A stretch of 64,000 bases of DNA from Saccostrea echinata (Eukaryota): positions 5,332,001 to 5,396,000 of the forward strand of contig NW_026889763.1 in NCBI RefSeq assembly GCF_033153115.1, read 5' to 3'. Made by a program: the position numbers and the translations under genes. Below are positions 62,310-64,000 of this stretch, piece by piece. The notes below the pieces were generated by a model, which was not told the origin of the DNA, made no database searches, and saw only the letters and a list, made by a program, of their open reading frames with translations. Position 1 is the stretch's first letter. Every line of letters begins with the position of its first letter.

Positions 62310-63518
62310 ATGATTAACGATAACTTGATTAAATGGAACTGGTCTCTCATTCACGCCACCGTGCCGACAATCACAGTCGTTTTGTTATACCTTTGTTTCG
62401 GTTTCATGGGAAATGCAGTCCTTCTAATGGTCTACATAAAGAAGAAAATACCTGGGAAAGGCCGCTATTTTATCCCAATTCTGGCCTCCGTAGATTTATT
62501 GGCTAGTACCTTATGTGCACTTTGTGTTGTATTGAACTTTTATTTTCTGATACTTTTCTATTCTGATTTGTTGTGCAAGTTTTATATTTTAGCATCTTCT
62601 GGATTCTAAGTAGTTCTGTTTTTTTGGTTCTGGCGATTTCATTTGACAGACATCGTAAAACCTGTCAGATAAGAAAGAAACAGTTGACAGACAGACAGAA
62701 GAGGATGTTGATTATTTTGATAGTAATATCGTCCGCCCTATTAAATTTGCCGACGTTTGCAACCTGTGGAAGTCAAACAGTGCCAATGACAATTGAAAAC
62801 GAAACACTTCAAGGAGCTTTCTGTGCCATGGCAACTAAAAGATATCCAAATATTGAACTCTTTTACTCCATTGCTGTAGGATTGGCTATCCTAGGAACTT
62901 TTACGTGTGCTATGGTCCTAAACGTAAAGATTGCCTTTGTCATCCGCACAAGACTCCGAAAAGTTACAGCTCCTTTCGTAGAAAATACTATACAGAAACC
63001 AGAAGACATTTTGGAGAACTTGATGCAGAGAAAACTATAAAGTAAAAACAGTCACAAGTAAAGAGGAACATGATGATAAGCACGCTTCACAACTGAATAA
63101 CTCATCTGGTTCTTCGAGCAAAGCGTCTATAAATCTATATACGTGCGAATTTCATTCCAATATAACAAACAAGAAACACCAAGATTCATCAAAATCTCGA
63201 AAGGGAAATGAAACACTCTTACGAACCATTTCTATTGGAACAATACTCAGAAAATCTCGATTTTCTACTCACATGATGTTTTTAATAATGTTTGTGATAT
63301 TGCTTATATAGTATCTACCCCCTCTTACGATTGTGCTTATACTGTATAACAGTCCTCAAAACTTTCAATGGTTGACGAAGCAAAATCAATTCAAACTTAA
63401 TTTGTACTTTCTTCTCAGGAAATCATTTTTCTTGATTCATGATGCGAATCCTTATATTAATTGTCTTTCTGATAGAGCATTTCGAAATATTCTGATATAT
63501 TCATTAAAATGTATTTAA
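62310..63518 (+). pseudogene. Intronless class A (rhodopsin-like) GPCR pseudogene, peptide-receptor-like orphan
   Basis: TM1 GFMGNAVLL, TM2 LASVDLL, TM3 LCK...LAISFDRH, TM4 LLNLP, TM6 YLPP, TM7 ANPYI...D.AFR; frameshifts near 62590 and 63020 and an in-frame TAG at 63309. Confidence 0.82.
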
Positions 63519-63767
63519 TGTACAGAGGTTACACATGAGGTAATTGAAGAGTGAAAGTAAACAGCTAACGTAAAGAACAAGGTTTCAATATAAATTTTGC
63601 CCTGTATTTTTCTTAAATATGAGAGAGATGTAAGCAAATAAAACTCGTTATTTGTGCTATACGAATCATTTTATTGTTTATATATTATACATCCGGTCGA
63701 TCCATATATATAACTGCAAAAAATATATGTTTTACCTTGATAAGATAATCCATATACATATTTTACT

Positions 63768-64000
63768 TTAAGATGTATTGTACAATTGTATTATTTAATC
63801 CTACCTTAGATGAATGGGTACAAATTGGATTCATTCGTAAGTACATTTTTGTTTTCTCTAAAAAATATGAAAGATATTTCAAACAAATCGGTTGTTTTTC
63901 TTGCCAATTTTAAGAATGATGAGCAGTGGTTCAAATCTAATGGAGCTGGACTACAAGACAAAGTCAATAATAAATTCACCTCAGTGAGTGAGCCTTTAAG
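63768..64000 (+). repeat. Homolog of the 5' flank of MYND copy 1 (34651-34884), probably the start of a third copy
   Basis: High identity, including the 69-nt exon-like segment AATGATGAGCAG...CCTCA|GTGAGT. Confidence 0.85.

Overview
Eukaryotic, AT-rich, repeat-dense DNA with GT-AG introns and two assembly gaps. The repeat types suggest a bivalve, probably an oyster (inference). Host genes: (1) a minus-strand gene of at least 7 exons (10388-20729, 5' start unresolved) encoding a type II membrane protein TM-SEA-mucin-Ig-Ig; (2) tandem double-MYND zinc-finger genes with a conserved OB-fold-like C-terminal domain (35025-36080, 50057-51143, and the 5' flank of a probable third copy at the window end); (3) a class A GPCR pseudogene. 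Mobile DNA: a PIF/Harbinger element (Myb/SANT-like gene plus intact transposase), a mariner pseudogene, two Kolobok-type transposase relics (one with an open KolX/P2X7-C-terminal-like partner ORF), Kolobok, IS3EU, hAT and Harbinger-type MITEs, Helentron-like (HINE) elements, Penelope-like RT fragments, an L1/Tx1 fragment and SINEs. The most notable unexplained signals are ~160-nt Crypton-like hairpins whose stem sequences differ while their mismatch, bulges and GAA loop are conserved (attC-like folded-DNA hypothesis), and a multicopy, possibly pseudoknotted motif at the 3' end of Penelope-like elements. All family assignments come from motif recognition by eye; no database searches were run.
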